NCBI GenBank assembly: GCA_020184695.1 | Contig: JAANOX010000241.1 | Location: 124,001 to 188,000, forward strand | Direction of reading: 5' to 3' | DNA length: 64,000 nt | Source of the DNA: Histomonas meleagridis 2922-C6/04-290x | Taxonomy: Eukaryota; Protista; Parabasalia | Shown here: piece after piece, positions 1-11,425 of the stretch | How positions within the stretch are numbered: the stretch's first letter is position 1 | Layout: every line of letters starts with the position of its first letter | Translations under genes and position numbers: made by a program | Notes under the pieces: generated by a model | The model's database searches: none | Told to the model about the DNA's origin: nothing | The model's input: the letters and a program-made list of their open reading frames with translations, nothing else

Positions 1-690
1 CATTTGGAGTGGCTGTCAAAACTGTTTTTTATCAACAACCGTCATTATGTCAGAAGAATATAAGGGTTCATTAGTTGCATTTTTTAATTGGTGGTCAGGC
101 TTGATTGGTTATTTTTAAAAAATATATAATTTGCGCTTAGAAATACATTTTCATACCAATTAAGGGCATTTATAATCAACATCATTATTTATTAGCCAAC
201 TGAAATTTTAGCATTTTCTGTTTTAAAACTATCATTTTTTTTAATATTCGATATAAAAGCAAAAAGAAAAAAAAAACATAAAGGCATCGTTAAAATTAAT
301 GAAAAAAATTTAAATCAATAAAAATGTTTCATGTTAAAAAAAATTTTTCACAATAAATATCATAGGATTTGCTTGAAGTATCTTAAATACCTTTACTAAA
401 TCATCATTGAGTTCATCATCTTAGCAATGAATGTCAATAAATTTCTTTTTGTAACGTCAATATTGAAACATAATGAAAAATCAACATCCTTATTATTGCG
501 CAATTCGTTAACAAAAAAGGTAACCATTAAATAATTTATATATAATCAAGTATTAATTTTCATGAAAATTGTTCGAACGTCATTAATTACGACATAAACC
601 ATTCAAAAACACATCACTTTTGTGAAACGATGGCCATAAAAAATTGACCAAAACCGTTTAGTTAGGTTGTCAAATTTGACAACATTTCGA

Positions 691-3600
691 ATGTTCTCAA
701 GCGTGAAGAAGATCTCGCTTAGCCAAGAATTTAACAACATCTGCGTTAGGATTGGTGAATGCAAGAGTCGAGAAGAAGAACAACTTATTGTTAGCGATTG
801 GATGAAAAAAGTTAGAGCAAATCTTGGAAAACAAAAGGTCAAGATCCAAACTCTCTATGAAAGCGTTGTTTCTCTTCTTCACCTTTCCCTTCTCGGTTAT
901 GATACATCTTTCGGAAACATCCAAGCTGTCAATCTTACCCAAGAGAATCAAATGATGCCAAAAGCATTAGGTTACCTTGCTTGTTCTACACTCTTGGACT
1001 CCAAGTCTGACATCTTGATTATGATCATTAACTCAACTCAACGAGATCTTTCATCTGGCCATCCAACATCAATGGCACTTGCTTTGACAGCAATATGCCA
1101 TCTTGTCACAGCTGATCTTATCCCACCAATTATCAGCTTTGTTGGCCAAGCCTTAAATCATTCTGTTCCATTAATCAGACAGAAGGCAGTTATGTGCATT
1201 AATTCCTTCATCAAGAAAGACCCATCTACCATTATTGAGTACTTCCCAGACTTAATTCGACTTCTTTCTGATCCTGATCTTTCAATTGTTAATGCAGTGG
1301 TTAATTGCTTAACAACACTTCTTCGCAACACAATGAACATCCAGCAAATCTGTGAATGTCTTCCAGATGTTGCTAATGTTGTTTCCGCCATTCAACAAGG
1401 TCATGCCAAAACCGAATATATTCATCAAAGAGTTCTTGCACCATTTATCTTGGTTAATATATTCAAGTTCTTCCAAGTTTTAGCTCCACACATGCCAGAG
1501 CTTGCAGAAAATGTTGCACCATTACTTACATATGCGCTTCAAAACGGCACTAATGATTTCTCTGCGCCAGCGTCAGTTCTTTATGAAGCCATTCGTTCAT
1601 GCATTGTCCTTAATCTTGTTGATATTCCACAACTTCGAGGTGCGATTTCGATGTTCATGTCATCTGACAATCAAAACTATAAATACATTGGCATTGGACT
1701 TCTTCAATCACTTCCTGACTTTGCCGATGAATTCCAATCCACCATTATTGATTGTTTGGAACATCCAGATGCATCAATTCGCTTACGTACATTAGGACTT
1801 CTTCATACAATGGCCTGTGAAAGTAATGCACAAATCATTGTTGTTAATATGCTTAAATTCTTCCAACGTACAAAGAATGAACGAGTACGAACAGAATTAG
1901 CCGATCGTATTACATCTATAGCATCACAATTCTCTCCATCACCATTATGGTTTGCAAAGACTATGGAACAATTATTTGTCTTAGGCGGAGATAATGTACG
2001 TCCAGAAATAGCATTTGCAGTCTTAAAGTTAATTGAAGAAAACTGTGATGAAGAAATGCGGAAAGGTATTGTTAACTTATATATTGATGTCGCACAAAGT
2101 TACAAACGATTAAGTGATGTCTTTGTTATAGTTGTTTCACGAGTTATTGGAATGTATGCAGAACTTAGTGATGAATATGATTTGAATTTCATAGCATTAT
2201 TATTATGTGATTTAGCCGATGCATATGAAGGTCCACGTGAATGGGTATTAAATGCATTACTTATGGTTGTCTCTAAACTTGATGAAGTCCCACAACAAGT
2301 ATCCGATGTCTTTGAAAACTATAAACAAAGCAAATCAATCATTGCACAAGAAGTATCATATGAAGCATTAGCATTATTATTATTTAAAGATGCATTAATT
2401 GAAGCCGAAACCCCAGAAGTACCAGATGACTTTGATAAGGATATGACCTTCTTAGATGATTATGTAGCAGATGCGATAGAGAACAAAGGAGCTAAAGAAT
2501 ATATACCATTAGAAGAACGTGATACTGATTTATTAATTACTCCTAAGTCTACAATCAAATATACATATAATCAAGAAACTCCTTCAGTATATGGTAGTGA
2601 TCCTACAACAATTACATCTAATTTACCTGTTAAACAACCAGATGAAATAGAAACAGGATTAAACACTAGTGGAGTTAAAATGGTTTGGGGTGAAAATGGA
2701 CTTCAAGAAGAAACAGAACAAAATAATAATGAATATGGAAGTTCAACTACAAATGATCAACCAGCACCAGAATCACCTAAAGTATCAATCTTTAAACAAT
2801 TATCACTTAATCGTTCAAATCAACAACAAAACCAAAAAGAAGCACACAAAGAAAAGATGAAAGAATCATTATTCGGAGGACTTAAGAAGACACGTAAGAC
2901 ACCACAAAGTGGTAATAAGTCATTAGGCGATATGAACTCACAACAACAAACTCATGGAGTATATAATACATCTGTCTCATTAACAGAAGAAGATTATCAA
3001 AAACTTGAGAAAGTTAATTATGAAATATCACAACCAATGCCACAACCAATCCAAGCATTTTTGAAGGTAGTACAACTTCATAAGATACAAGAAAATGGAT
3101 TATTCAGAGTATCTGCAGGTGCATTAAATGGTTCAGTTGTTATATCAATAGAAAACATTACACAACAAACACCAGTTATGGACTTAAGTGTTCAAATCAT
3201 TGGCCCTGAAGCTTTAATTAAAGAAGGAATTTCACATCCTAAACAAATTAATATATTACCACCACAACAAACTATATATCAAATGATGTCTTATAAGTTC
3301 CCAACACAAATGAGTGGTTTCCCTGAATTTAACTTTAGTTGTGTAATCCAATATAATAAAACTCAAAAACTTGAGTACAAATTACCAATGAATTTGACCA
3401 CATTCATCATCCCTGGAACGATTACTACTCCACAATTCGGACAATTCTGGAAACAAGGCGGAAAAGAAATAGTTTTTACAATGCAAAGAACAAGTACTAT
3501 TTCAATTGATGACGTCTCTCATGCATTAAATAACGTTTTACATGTGAAAACTGTCGAAAGAATTGGTACTGAAGAAATTTTGTTCGGTACTTTGTTCTCA

Positions 3601-3726
3601 ACACCATTTAAGATTTTGGTTCACGTAAAATTCGGTGCAACTAAAATCGATATGAAGGTACTCACAAAAGTGAATGGTTTGACTCAATCTATTGTGAACA
3701 CATTGAAAACAATTGTGTTCCCTTAA
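691..3726 (+). CDS. AP4E1: Adaptin large subunit, AP-4 epsilon-like (Adaptin_N trunk, hinge, ear)
   Basis: Long ORF with adaptin-N motifs (LGYDTSFGNIQAVNL, KALGYLACSTL), low-complexity hinge and C-terminal appendage. First ATG is at 691; the track start at 667 is TTG. The epsilon assignment is by recalled similarity. Confidence 0.65.
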   Translation: MFSSVKKISLSQEFNNICVRIGECKSREEEQLIVSDWMKKVRANLGKQKVKIQTLYESVVSLLHLSLLGYDTSFGNIQAVNLTQENQMMPKALGYLACSTLLDSKSDILIMIINSTQRDLSSGHPTSMALALTAICHLVTADLIPPIISFVGQALNHSVPLIRQKAVMCINSFIKKDPSTIIEYFPDLIRLLSDPDLSIVNAVVNCLTTLLRNTMNIQQICECLPDVANVVSAIQQGHAKTEYIHQRVLAPFILVNIFKFFQVLAPHMPELAENVAPLLTYALQNGTNDFSAPASVLYEAIRSCIVLNLVDIPQLRGAISMFMSSDNQNYKYIGIGLLQSLPDFADEFQSTIIDCLEHPDASIRLRTLGLLHTMACESNAQIIVVNMLKFFQRTKNERVRTELADRITSIASQFSPSPLWFAKTMEQLFVLGGDNVRPEIAFAVLKLIEENCDEEMRKGIVNLYIDVAQSYKRLSDVFVIVVSRVIGMYAELSDEYDLNFIALLLCDLADAYEGPREWVLNALLMVVSKLDEVPQQVSDVFENYKQSKSIIAQEVSYEALALLLFKDALIEAETPEVPDDFDKDMTFLDDYVADAIENKGAKEYIPLEERDTDLLITPKSTIKYTYNQETPSVYGSDPTTITSNLPVKQPDEIETGLNTSGVKMVWGENGLQEETEQNNNEYGSSTTNDQPAPESPKVSIFKQLSLNRSNQQQNQKEAHKEKMKESLFGGLKKTRKTPQSGNKSLGDMNSQQQTHGVYNTSVSLTEEDYQKLEKVNYEISQPMPQPIQAFLKVVQLHKIQENGLFRVSAGALNGSVVISIENITQQTPVMDLSVQIIGPEALIKEGISHPKQINILPPQQTIYQMMSYKFPTQMSGFPEFNFSCVIQYNKTQKLEYKLPMNLTTFIIPGTITTPQFGQFWKQGGKEIVFTMQRTSTISIDDVSHALNNVLHVKTVERIGTEEILFGTLFSTPFKILVHVKFGATKIDMKVLTKVNGLTQSIVNTLKTIVFP

Positions 3727-4026
3727 AGAAATAATTCAAAAGTAAAACAAATTTCCTTCAATCTTTGGTCGTATTCCATTGAAAATTTGCATTATTTAAA
3801 TTTGTTTTTTTCTTGATCGTTTTCCTAAAATGTTATAATTTTTCGGATGTTTTTGGCAATGGAAATGTTTATGGAATTGCAAAATAAAAGTGTTTAATGG
3901 TATTTTGGATTGAAATATTATGTTCCTGTAAAATAACCGCTGAAATTTTATAACAGCGTAAACTATTCATTTGTGCGCGAGCAACCGCTTTCCACTCAAA
4001 AAGTTGGAATTTAAATAGGGGACTGA

Positions 4027-4341
4027 ATGGAAAAGGATTTCTCCTCGGAAAATCAGGACGTTTTACTCGTCGGAGATGATATACCTTTAATTGATATTGA
4101 CCAAGGTCTTTCAACAGTGTTTACAGGATTTGGAAGTTTGGACCCATTAATAAAAACAGAAGAATTTCACGTAATCAAAAGATCGGCTTCTCAACCAAAC
4201 CTTGCTGTGAGTGTTTCATCAAAGGAGCCAGATGCACCTTTTGCTCAACTCCCAATGGTGAGATCTTTAATGAATATTACAGACACACATATTGAGGAAA
4301 CAAATGAAGCAATGCAGATAATTCGTTGTTGGAAGATGTAA
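4027..4341 (+). CDS. Hypothetical protein, 104 aa
   Basis: ATG-to-TAA ORF with coding-like GC between AT-rich flanks; no recognisable domain. Confidence 0.45.
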   Translation: MEKDFSSENQDVLLVGDDIPLIDIDQGLSTVFTGFGSLDPLIKTEEFHVIKRSASQPNLAVSVSSKEPDAPFAQLPMVRSLMNITDTHIEETNEAMQIIRCWKM

Positions 4342-4467
4342 GAAAAACTGTTTATTAAAATCTTTTTAATTTTAATTTTTTTTTAATCAGGCAAATTCAT
4401 CCGTAAAATGGGGCACCCCTATTCTAAAGGGTAAAATTTACCCTACATGGCCAGACCACTTTGATTA

Positions 4468-5199
4468 ATGTCTCGTCGTACAGCTCGTGCTCAACCTGAA
4501 AAGGTTATCTTAGATGCTGATATCAAGAACCAAGACTTTTTGTTCACCCAAGAAAAGAAACAAGCTAAGGTTGTCCCATCATCTAGAGTTCGTTTCCCAA
4601 AGTATGTCCGCATCCAACGCCAACGTCGTATTCTTATGAAGCGCCTTAAGGTACCACCTCCAGTGAACCATTTTAACCATGCTGTAGATAAGGCAACAGC
4701 TGTTCAAATCTTCAAATTCCTTGAAAAGTATCGTCCAGAAACTAAGGCAGAAAAGAAGCTTCGTCTTAAAGCTGCTGCAGAAAAGTCAGAAAAATCACTT
4801 GCACCAGCAGATGTTTCTGCTAAGAAAGCTCTTTCTTATGGAATCAAAGATGTTACATCACTTGTTGAAGCCAAGAAAGCAAGTCTTGTAGTCATTGCAC
4901 ATGATGTTGACCCAATTGAAATTGTTATCTGGCTTCCAGCACTTTGCAGGAAACTTGACATTCCATATGTCATTGTCAAGTCAAAGGCACGTCTTGGTAA
5001 AGTTGTTGGAATGAAAACATGCACATGCATTGCTGTTTCTGACGTTCGTCCAGAAGACCGTAAGGCTCTTTCACAGATCGTCGATTCAGTTAATGCCAAC
5101 TTCCTTATGAAATATAAGGAAGAAATGCACCATTGGGGTGGCGGTGAATTAAGCGAGAAGACTATTGCAAAACTTCGCGCTCAGGGTAAGCATGAATAA
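4468..5199 (+). CDS. RPL7A: 60S ribosomal protein L7a (eL8)
   Basis: RFPKYVRIQRQRRILMKRLKVPPPVNHF, VVIAHDVDPIE and LPALCRK motifs; highly expressed codon bias. Confidence 0.96.
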   Translation: MSRRTARAQPEKVILDADIKNQDFLFTQEKKQAKVVPSSRVRFPKYVRIQRQRRILMKRLKVPPPVNHFNHAVDKATAVQIFKFLEKYRPETKAEKKLRLKAAAEKSEKSLAPADVSAKKALSYGIKDVTSLVEAKKASLVVIAHDVDPIEIVIWLPALCRKLDIPYVIVKSKARLGKVVGMKTCTCIAVSDVRPEDRKALSQIVDSVNANFLMKYKEEMHHWGGGELSEKTIAKLRAQGKHE

Positions 5200-5923
5200 A
5201 TGCTAATGATCCTGTTATCAATTGATACAAGTTTTTTTATTTGTTTGTGTGCTGTTAATATTTGTTTTTTATGTAAATAATTTTTGTGGTAAAATAGATT
5301 TTAATTTTTGGAAAATTAGAGGTACTTCAACCACAAATTCCTCGATTGTTTTTACTTGAAAATCAAAATGTATGGGTAACTTCGGGTGTTGAGTTTTGGT
5401 ATAAATTTTTAGGCAATTTCAACTGCTGAATTTTGAGATCTCGATCTGATCAAATTTTAACTTTTTTCTAAAATTTTCAAAAATCCTTTCGAATAATAAA
5501 ACCCTTCAATGTATTCAATGTAAATATCAAAAAAATTGGTTGTTATTCAATATTTCGAGAAAAATCAAACATTTCAATGTTAATTCAAATGAATCTTTAT
5601 ATATCGAGTGGCGACGTGATTTTATTTTTAATGTATTATATATAAGTGATATTTTTTTTCATAAGTACATATATATCAGCATTATTTAAATTGTTAAGAA
5701 CAAGAAATTTTTGTTTTAAAATAAGGTGAAGTGACGAATTAAGGTGTGATTTTTTCTAATTTTTTGATTTTTTTTATGCAATGTTAAAATTATTATCAAT
5801 TGCGCTTCATGATTATAATTTCGACCGTTTATTTATCCGATCTGTTTGAAATATATGCCATTTAAAAAATTTTTGCCAATAAACTTATTTCAATTCAAAA
5901 TTACCCTTTTGTTGTGTTAGCCC

Positions 5924-5930
5924 TCATTTT
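5924..5930 (+). promoter_or_regulatory. Initiator (Inr)-like element TCATTTT
   Basis: Matches the trichomonad TCA(+1)YW initiator 8 nt before the ATG at 5938. The same motif lies at 24504-24510 before the ATG at 24516/24517 region of the ankyrin gene. Confidence 0.5.
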
Positions 5931-5937
5931 CAAAAGA

Positions 5938-8916
5938 ATGAAATGTACTCGAAGAAGTGAAGGATCTACAACTAAATTCGAACATCTTTGTTCTGTCTTT
6001 GAAGAATTAGTTATGAAAGCAAAAGGAAAACCTGTTGTTTTTGTTACAATTTTTGGATCATATCAATCTGGAAAGTCTTCAACTCTCAAATATCTTACAA
6101 GAAACATGGATATTAAGGTTGGTAATGGAAGTGATGAAGAAACAACAGGTGCTTTTGTTTATGGACCATACTCTTATAACGAAATAAGAGAAAGATTTTC
6201 TCTGGAAAGTATAAAAGACGATGAAACGCAAATATTTTTTGTAGACACAGAAGGGTGTAATGGATTTGCAACAGGCAATTCTAATATACTTGCAAATCGT
6301 TTTCTTTTAAGTCAACTTATAGCACCATACGCAGCACTTTCTAATGTCCTTATCACATTAATGAGAACGAGCATTTCAATTGGAGAAGTTGATACCACCC
6401 AATTAATTTTGGAAATTATTGATAAAGTTCGTAAAGGCACCGATGAACTTAACATGAATACACAATTTATAGGACTTGTTAGAGATGTTCCTAATTATGA
6501 TCCATCTAAAAACTTTACAGAGAAGCGAAGGGAAGTTCAACAAAGTTTGCAGGCCAAATTTGGTTCTAATTTCAAAGTTGACGAATTTATTCCACTTCCA
6601 AATTATCAAATCGATGCTGATATTTTTAATCAAAGTGATACATTTAATGAAGCCTTTAAACTTTTTGCACAACATTTAATGAATCATATTGAAGAATCAC
6701 GAAGAAATGTTTATATTGAAGCTGAAGCAGCAGTTAAAATGTTTAAAATATTAATTAATATTACCGAAGAAGAAGATTTAGATCAACTTGCAAAACGTGC
6801 AATGGAAGAAGGTATTAAATCATCAACTTCATTACGTTATAGTAAAGATGTTGATGAAGTTGTCAATAATAAAATTAGTTTTCTTCAAAATACATTTGAA
6901 GATTTATATAAAAAACTTGAAGAAGATGTTTTAATTGAAGTACCAATATTAGAATTAAAAGAAATTTGTAATCAAGCAATAAAAGAACTTGATGAAAAAC
7001 TTCCACAAAAAGTTAAAGAAATGTCAGTACATAAAGAATTTGAAGAAAAAATTAGGAGTAAAATAACAGAAAAATATAAAGAATTACCTGAAATTATAAG
7101 GAAAATAAAAGAAAATCAATTGGAATTTCTTAAAACAAAAATTACAACTTTCATCCAAACTAAAGATAGAGATTTTGATACAAAAATTAATGAAAGTACT
7201 TCAATTGATGAAACTGAAATTATAAAATTTTGTAAAATTGATGACTTTGAAAAAGAATGTAAAAAAGAACTTAATATAATAATTGGAGATAAAAAAGTTG
7301 ATTTTCATGTTCTTGATCAAGTTGAAGAATATATTAAAAGTCAAATTTTCCCAATTATAAATCAAAATAAACAAAAAATTAAAGAAATATCACAAAAAAG
7401 ATGTGAACATCAAATCGAAGAATATAAAAAGACTGCTGATACAATTGTAGAAAATGAAATAGAAGCTCAAAAAATTGAATTTAAAAATTATTCTCATGAA
7501 CAATTGAAAAAAGTTAATTTCATTCATTTACAAGCAACTCTTGCAAAAAGATGTATGGAAGTACTTGAATCACAATCACAAGAAAAAATTATGAAATATA
7601 TTTTGGATAATATTAAAAGTTATATAAATTCCATAATAACAAAAAAGCGAAATGAAATAAATACTGTTATTAAAGAAGAAATGAATTCTAAATTAACAGA
7701 AATTATTGAAGACATTAAAAACATAATGAATAAAATTATAGAAAATAGACAAAAAGAATCCCAAACATCAATGGAAAGAATGAAACCATCAATTGATGAA
7801 AACGAAGTTTTATATGAAGGAAAAGTTAATTCTTTCGAAAATGAAATTACATCAAAACTTAAGGAAATAATTAGAGATAAAGGTGTTGATGACAATGTTT
7901 TTGAACTTGTTTTTCGTAGCATCCAAAACAATATTTATCAAGCTGTAGATTTCCTTAAGAAAAAGGCACATGAAATTACTGGAATTATTGTTACAAAACA
8001 ATATGGAGAAATAAAAGAATTAGCTGAAACGATTGTAAAAAGTGTAATCACAAATATGAAAAATACCATCAATATGGCAAAAGATATTAATGCTTTAAAT
8101 AGATTATCAAATGAATTAAAAAATGAATTAGAAGAAAGATGTAAAGCGGAACTTAATGCTCGATATCGCGAGACAATTAATGAAGAAAATTTGAAAAAGG
8201 TATATTATTATTTCTTTACCGAGGTTACAAATCAAGCAAGTTCACTCTTCACACTTATTGAGCAAAGGAAGACCGAAATATCCAATAAGTCTATTGAAAG
8301 CATTAAAAAAGCTATTACATCAGATATAAATTTCCAAAAAACAGAAGCAATAATGAAAATTGAGCAAAGTGATTCAACAGAAATTACAGAAATTTTACCA
8401 CTATCCACAAAGAATCGAATTAAGTCAAGTGCTCAAAATAATATCGATAATTATATCAATAAAAATCAGTGTGACGAAGAAACCAAAACAATACTAACAA
8501 TTCATGACAATGAAGCTGTCAAAGCATGTTTCGAAGAATTAAATGAGAAAGTAATAGCAATTCAAAAAAGAAATAAAGAAGAAGAGGAAAGAAGAAGAAA
8601 AGAAGAAGAGGAAAGAAGAAAACAATTAGAGCAAAAATTAAAGGAAGAAAAGGAAAAAAGAAGAAAAAAGAAAAACAAGGTAAAAAATAATAACAACGAT
8701 GATAATAATAATAATAACAGTAATAATAATAATAACAGTAATAGTAATAATAAAATTAATAGTAACAATAACAATGATAATAATAACAATATTAACACCG
8801 CTTTAAATGAAAATATTTCTAATAACTTTTTTGATGGTAAAATTATTTCTAACGATTCAAATAATGGAAATAATAATAACAGTTCTGATAAAGATAAAGA
8901 TAATAAAAACCCTTAA
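5938..8916 (+). CDS. Guanylate-binding protein/atlastin-like large GTPase with long helical region and Asn-rich tail
   Basis: P-loop GSYQSGKS, G3 DTEG, LVRD motif, then a long coiled coil. ATG at 5938 follows an Inr-like TCATTTT. Confidence 0.65.
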   Translation: MKCTRRSEGSTTKFEHLCSVFEELVMKAKGKPVVFVTIFGSYQSGKSSTLKYLTRNMDIKVGNGSDEETTGAFVYGPYSYNEIRERFSLESIKDDETQIFFVDTEGCNGFATGNSNILANRFLLSQLIAPYAALSNVLITLMRTSISIGEVDTTQLILEIIDKVRKGTDELNMNTQFIGLVRDVPNYDPSKNFTEKRREVQQSLQAKFGSNFKVDEFIPLPNYQIDADIFNQSDTFNEAFKLFAQHLMNHIEESRRNVYIEAEAAVKMFKILINITEEEDLDQLAKRAMEEGIKSSTSLRYSKDVDEVVNNKISFLQNTFEDLYKKLEEDVLIEVPILELKEICNQAIKELDEKLPQKVKEMSVHKEFEEKIRSKITEKYKELPEIIRKIKENQLEFLKTKITTFIQTKDRDFDTKINESTSIDETEIIKFCKIDDFEKECKKELNIIIGDKKVDFHVLDQVEEYIKSQIFPIINQNKQKIKEISQKRCEHQIEEYKKTADTIVENEIEAQKIEFKNYSHEQLKKVNFIHLQATLAKRCMEVLESQSQEKIMKYILDNIKSYINSIITKKRNEINTVIKEEMNSKLTEIIEDIKNIMNKIIENRQKESQTSMERMKPSIDENEVLYEGKVNSFENEITSKLKEIIRDKGVDDNVFELVFRSIQNNIYQAVDFLKKKAHEITGIIVTKQYGEIKELAETIVKSVITNMKNTINMAKDINALNRLSNELKNELEERCKAELNARYRETINEENLKKVYYYFFTEVTNQASSLFTLIEQRKTEISNKSIESIKKAITSDINFQKTEAIMKIEQSDSTEITEILPLSTKNRIKSSAQNNIDNYINKNQCDEETKTILTIHDNEAVKACFEELNEKVIAIQKRNKEEEERRRKEEEERRKQLEQKLKEEKEKRRKKKNKVKNNNNDDNNNNNSNNNNNSNSNNKINSNNNNDNNNNINTALNENISNNFFDGKIISNDSNNGNNNNSSDKDKDNKNP
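8570..8900 (+). repeat. Low-complexity coding tract: Glu/Arg/Lys-rich, then (AAT/AAC)n Asn-rich
   Basis: GAA/AGA runs followed by AAT-type trinucleotide repeats inside the GTPase ORF. Confidence 0.85.
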
Positions 8917-9137
8917 CAGACGAGAGTATCAACGCTAAGATAAGAAGAGCAGCTGTTCCAAAATGGAACTTATTGCATTTATGCAATAGTAAAACATAAC
9001 CATCAATATTTATTTTTGATATTGAATCAATATTTAAATATTTGAATTTATTTTTAAATGAATTAATCATTTTTGTTTTTGAATTTTTATATCAACATTT
9101 ATTTATATATATGATGAATCAAATTAATTTTTGAATA

Positions 9138-9208
9138 GCATCGCTGGTCTAATGGTAGAATTTCAGCTTGCCAAGCTGGGGGTCCGGGTCCGATTCCCGG
9201 GCGATGCA
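9138..9208 (+). tRNA. tRNA-Gly (GCC)
   Basis: Acceptor stem GCATCGC/GCGATGC+A; anticodon stem TCAGC/GCTGG with loop TTGCCAA; T-stem CCGGG/CCCGG with loop TCCGATT; T6 terminator immediately downstream. Confidence 0.93.
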
Positions 9209-9338
9209 ACTTTTTTATATTTTTGTTAACTTTTTGGTCTTGTGAGCATTTTTAGGCGAATCTCGAATTAATTCAAATTCGCGACACTTCACTTTTAGAA
9301 AAGTGACGTTTTACTAAAAAAAGTGTCATTTAATCTAC

Positions 9339-11168
9339 ATGCCAAAATTAGCTATTAATTCGTTGCAACATTATAAGGGTAGAGCATTACAAGAAATTAT
9401 AGTATTACCCAACAATTCTGTCGTTGATTATGCATCCTTTTTCTATTATCTTCCAAATATTTATTTTTGTGATACCAAAAAATCACAAAAAAGTGATTCT
9501 ACATATCGAATTAATTTTTATTATCACGATACTTTTATTATTTTATCATATATTTGTTAATAATGATTATTCTTCACACATTATGTTTTTGGATGAGAAA
9601 GGACACAAGAAAACAACTTTGTTATATTGAACTTCCCAGAAAATGAAATTTTTAAGAATAAAAAATTATCTCAAACACATCCTTATATTGTTATTGGTAA
9701 AAAAATTCCATAAAATTAATTAATACATTAATAGTCAATTCTTATCTTTATTTGTGGATCAAAATATTTTACAATCTATTAGAAAACATGATAAATATCT
9801 TCAAAAAAATTTTATTGATTATATTATAAATAATTTTGAAGATTCAATTATTATATATTTACCAAAAATACCATCAAGAAAATTAGTACAAATTAATGAG
9901 ACTGACTACGTTTTTGGAATATCTTTTTCCTTGGGCAGCTTCTACATTATATAGCCTTAATTACAGTTGTTTTATGATAGATGCCACATTTAAGGCTATA
10001 AAGCCTTATACATTGTCAATATTAATTATTATAATAAATAATGAATCAATTCCTATAGGTTTGTCTATTTCTTTTACCGAAACATCAAATTCTTATGGGA
10101 GATGATGGAATCATTTGATAAATTGCTGTAGAAATTTTAATATCAATTTGCATTGTTTTATCATAAACAATATATTTTTTAGCAGATATTGGTGCTGCTA
10201 TTAAAAAATTTATTGAGAATAATAATTTAAATATTAAATATTTCCATCGCCATTATATAGAAAAATTTGGTTCTGCAAGTATGATTGGAAATTGGATCTC
10301 AAAAATTATAAATACTTTCAATCCACATGAATTTCAAATGGTTACTGATATTATTAAAAATGAATTACAAATAATTTTGAATTCGGAAATTCGAAAAAAT
10401 TTTGATAATGAAAAATTTCAAAATTTTTTAATGGTTTTGGGTGTGAAAGAATCAGATTTTATACATAATATTGATAGGTGGGCTAAATGGTTAAGACCTG
10501 GATGTACTACCACTACTAATTCTTTAGAATCGATCCATAGTCATATTAATTAAACAATTCCATTTAAAGGTTCTTTTATAGATAAATTAAAGAATGTTAA
10601 AAATGTATTGTGGAATAGATTTAATTCAAGAAATGAATGGCAAAAACAATTAAATATATAAATAAATTAAAAAAAAATGCTAGTAATGAAAAAAAATTAT
10701 TGGGGTATTGTACTTGTGGAGAGTATGAATTATACTCCAAATTATATCAAAATAAGCATATATCATGTAAATATACAATTGTAGATTTCTGCAATAAATT
10801 TGAAAATTTAAAATTATATTATTTGGAAATTGTTGATAATGTGATAATTCCAAATATTGTAGAAACTCAGATTATTAATGAACCACTTCCTGAAAATTGA
10901 AGTGATAAAAACAAAAATAATAATGGTAATATCGAAGTTATACGTAAAAAAACGCTCCAGTGGTACAAAATTACCAAGTTCACAATTTGCATGGGATATT
11001 ATTTATTCCATCAAAAATATTATTAAAAAAAGTATGTGGAATGAAAAAAAGCATTCCATAATAAGTTTTGTTATTGAAAATGGTACAAATGTAGATATCG
11101 GGAATGTCCAGCAGTTAGCTTTATGGAGAATCAAAAGTTACATAATTGCTGGTATAGATTTTGTATAA
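9339..11168 (+). pseudogene. Fragmented MULE-type DDE transposase
   Basis: Fragments FMIDATFKA (D1), FLADIGAAIKKF...YFHRHY (D2 plus HRH) and TTNSLESIHSHIN (E) are interrupted by frameshifts and in-frame stops (TGA at about 10103, TAA at 10551). Confidence 0.7.
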
Positions 11169-11285
11169 TGATTACAATAAATAAAAATAAATTAATAATA
11201 AATAAAAATAAATTAAATAATATAATAAAAAATAAAAAAATAAAAATAATTTTTTATTCATTGAAATATATTTTTGAGATATTGA

Positions 11286-11425
11286 ATCAAATGTGATAGA
11301 TCAAATCAAATGTGATAGATCAAATCAAATGTGATAGATCAAATAATGTGAAAGACCAAATCAAATGTGAAAGATCAAATCAAATGTGAAAGATTAAATA
11401 ATGTGAAAGATCAAATTTAAATCAG
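11286..11425. repeat. Subterminal tandem repeat, about 19-nt unit (AAATGTGAWAGATCAAATC), about 7 copies
   Basis: Directly visible tandem units with small indels and no intervening spacers. Confidence 0.85.

Noticed and set aside
667-690. Track start positions at TTG/GTG or far-upstream ATGs (667, 5914, 36351, 40453, 45075, 47270)
   Set aside because: This is a eukaryotic sequence; the first plausible ATGs near Inr-like motifs or matching homologue N-termini were used instead.
8562-8798. Leu-rich antisense ORF
   Set aside because: Shadow of the AAT/GAA low-complexity tail of the GTPase gene.
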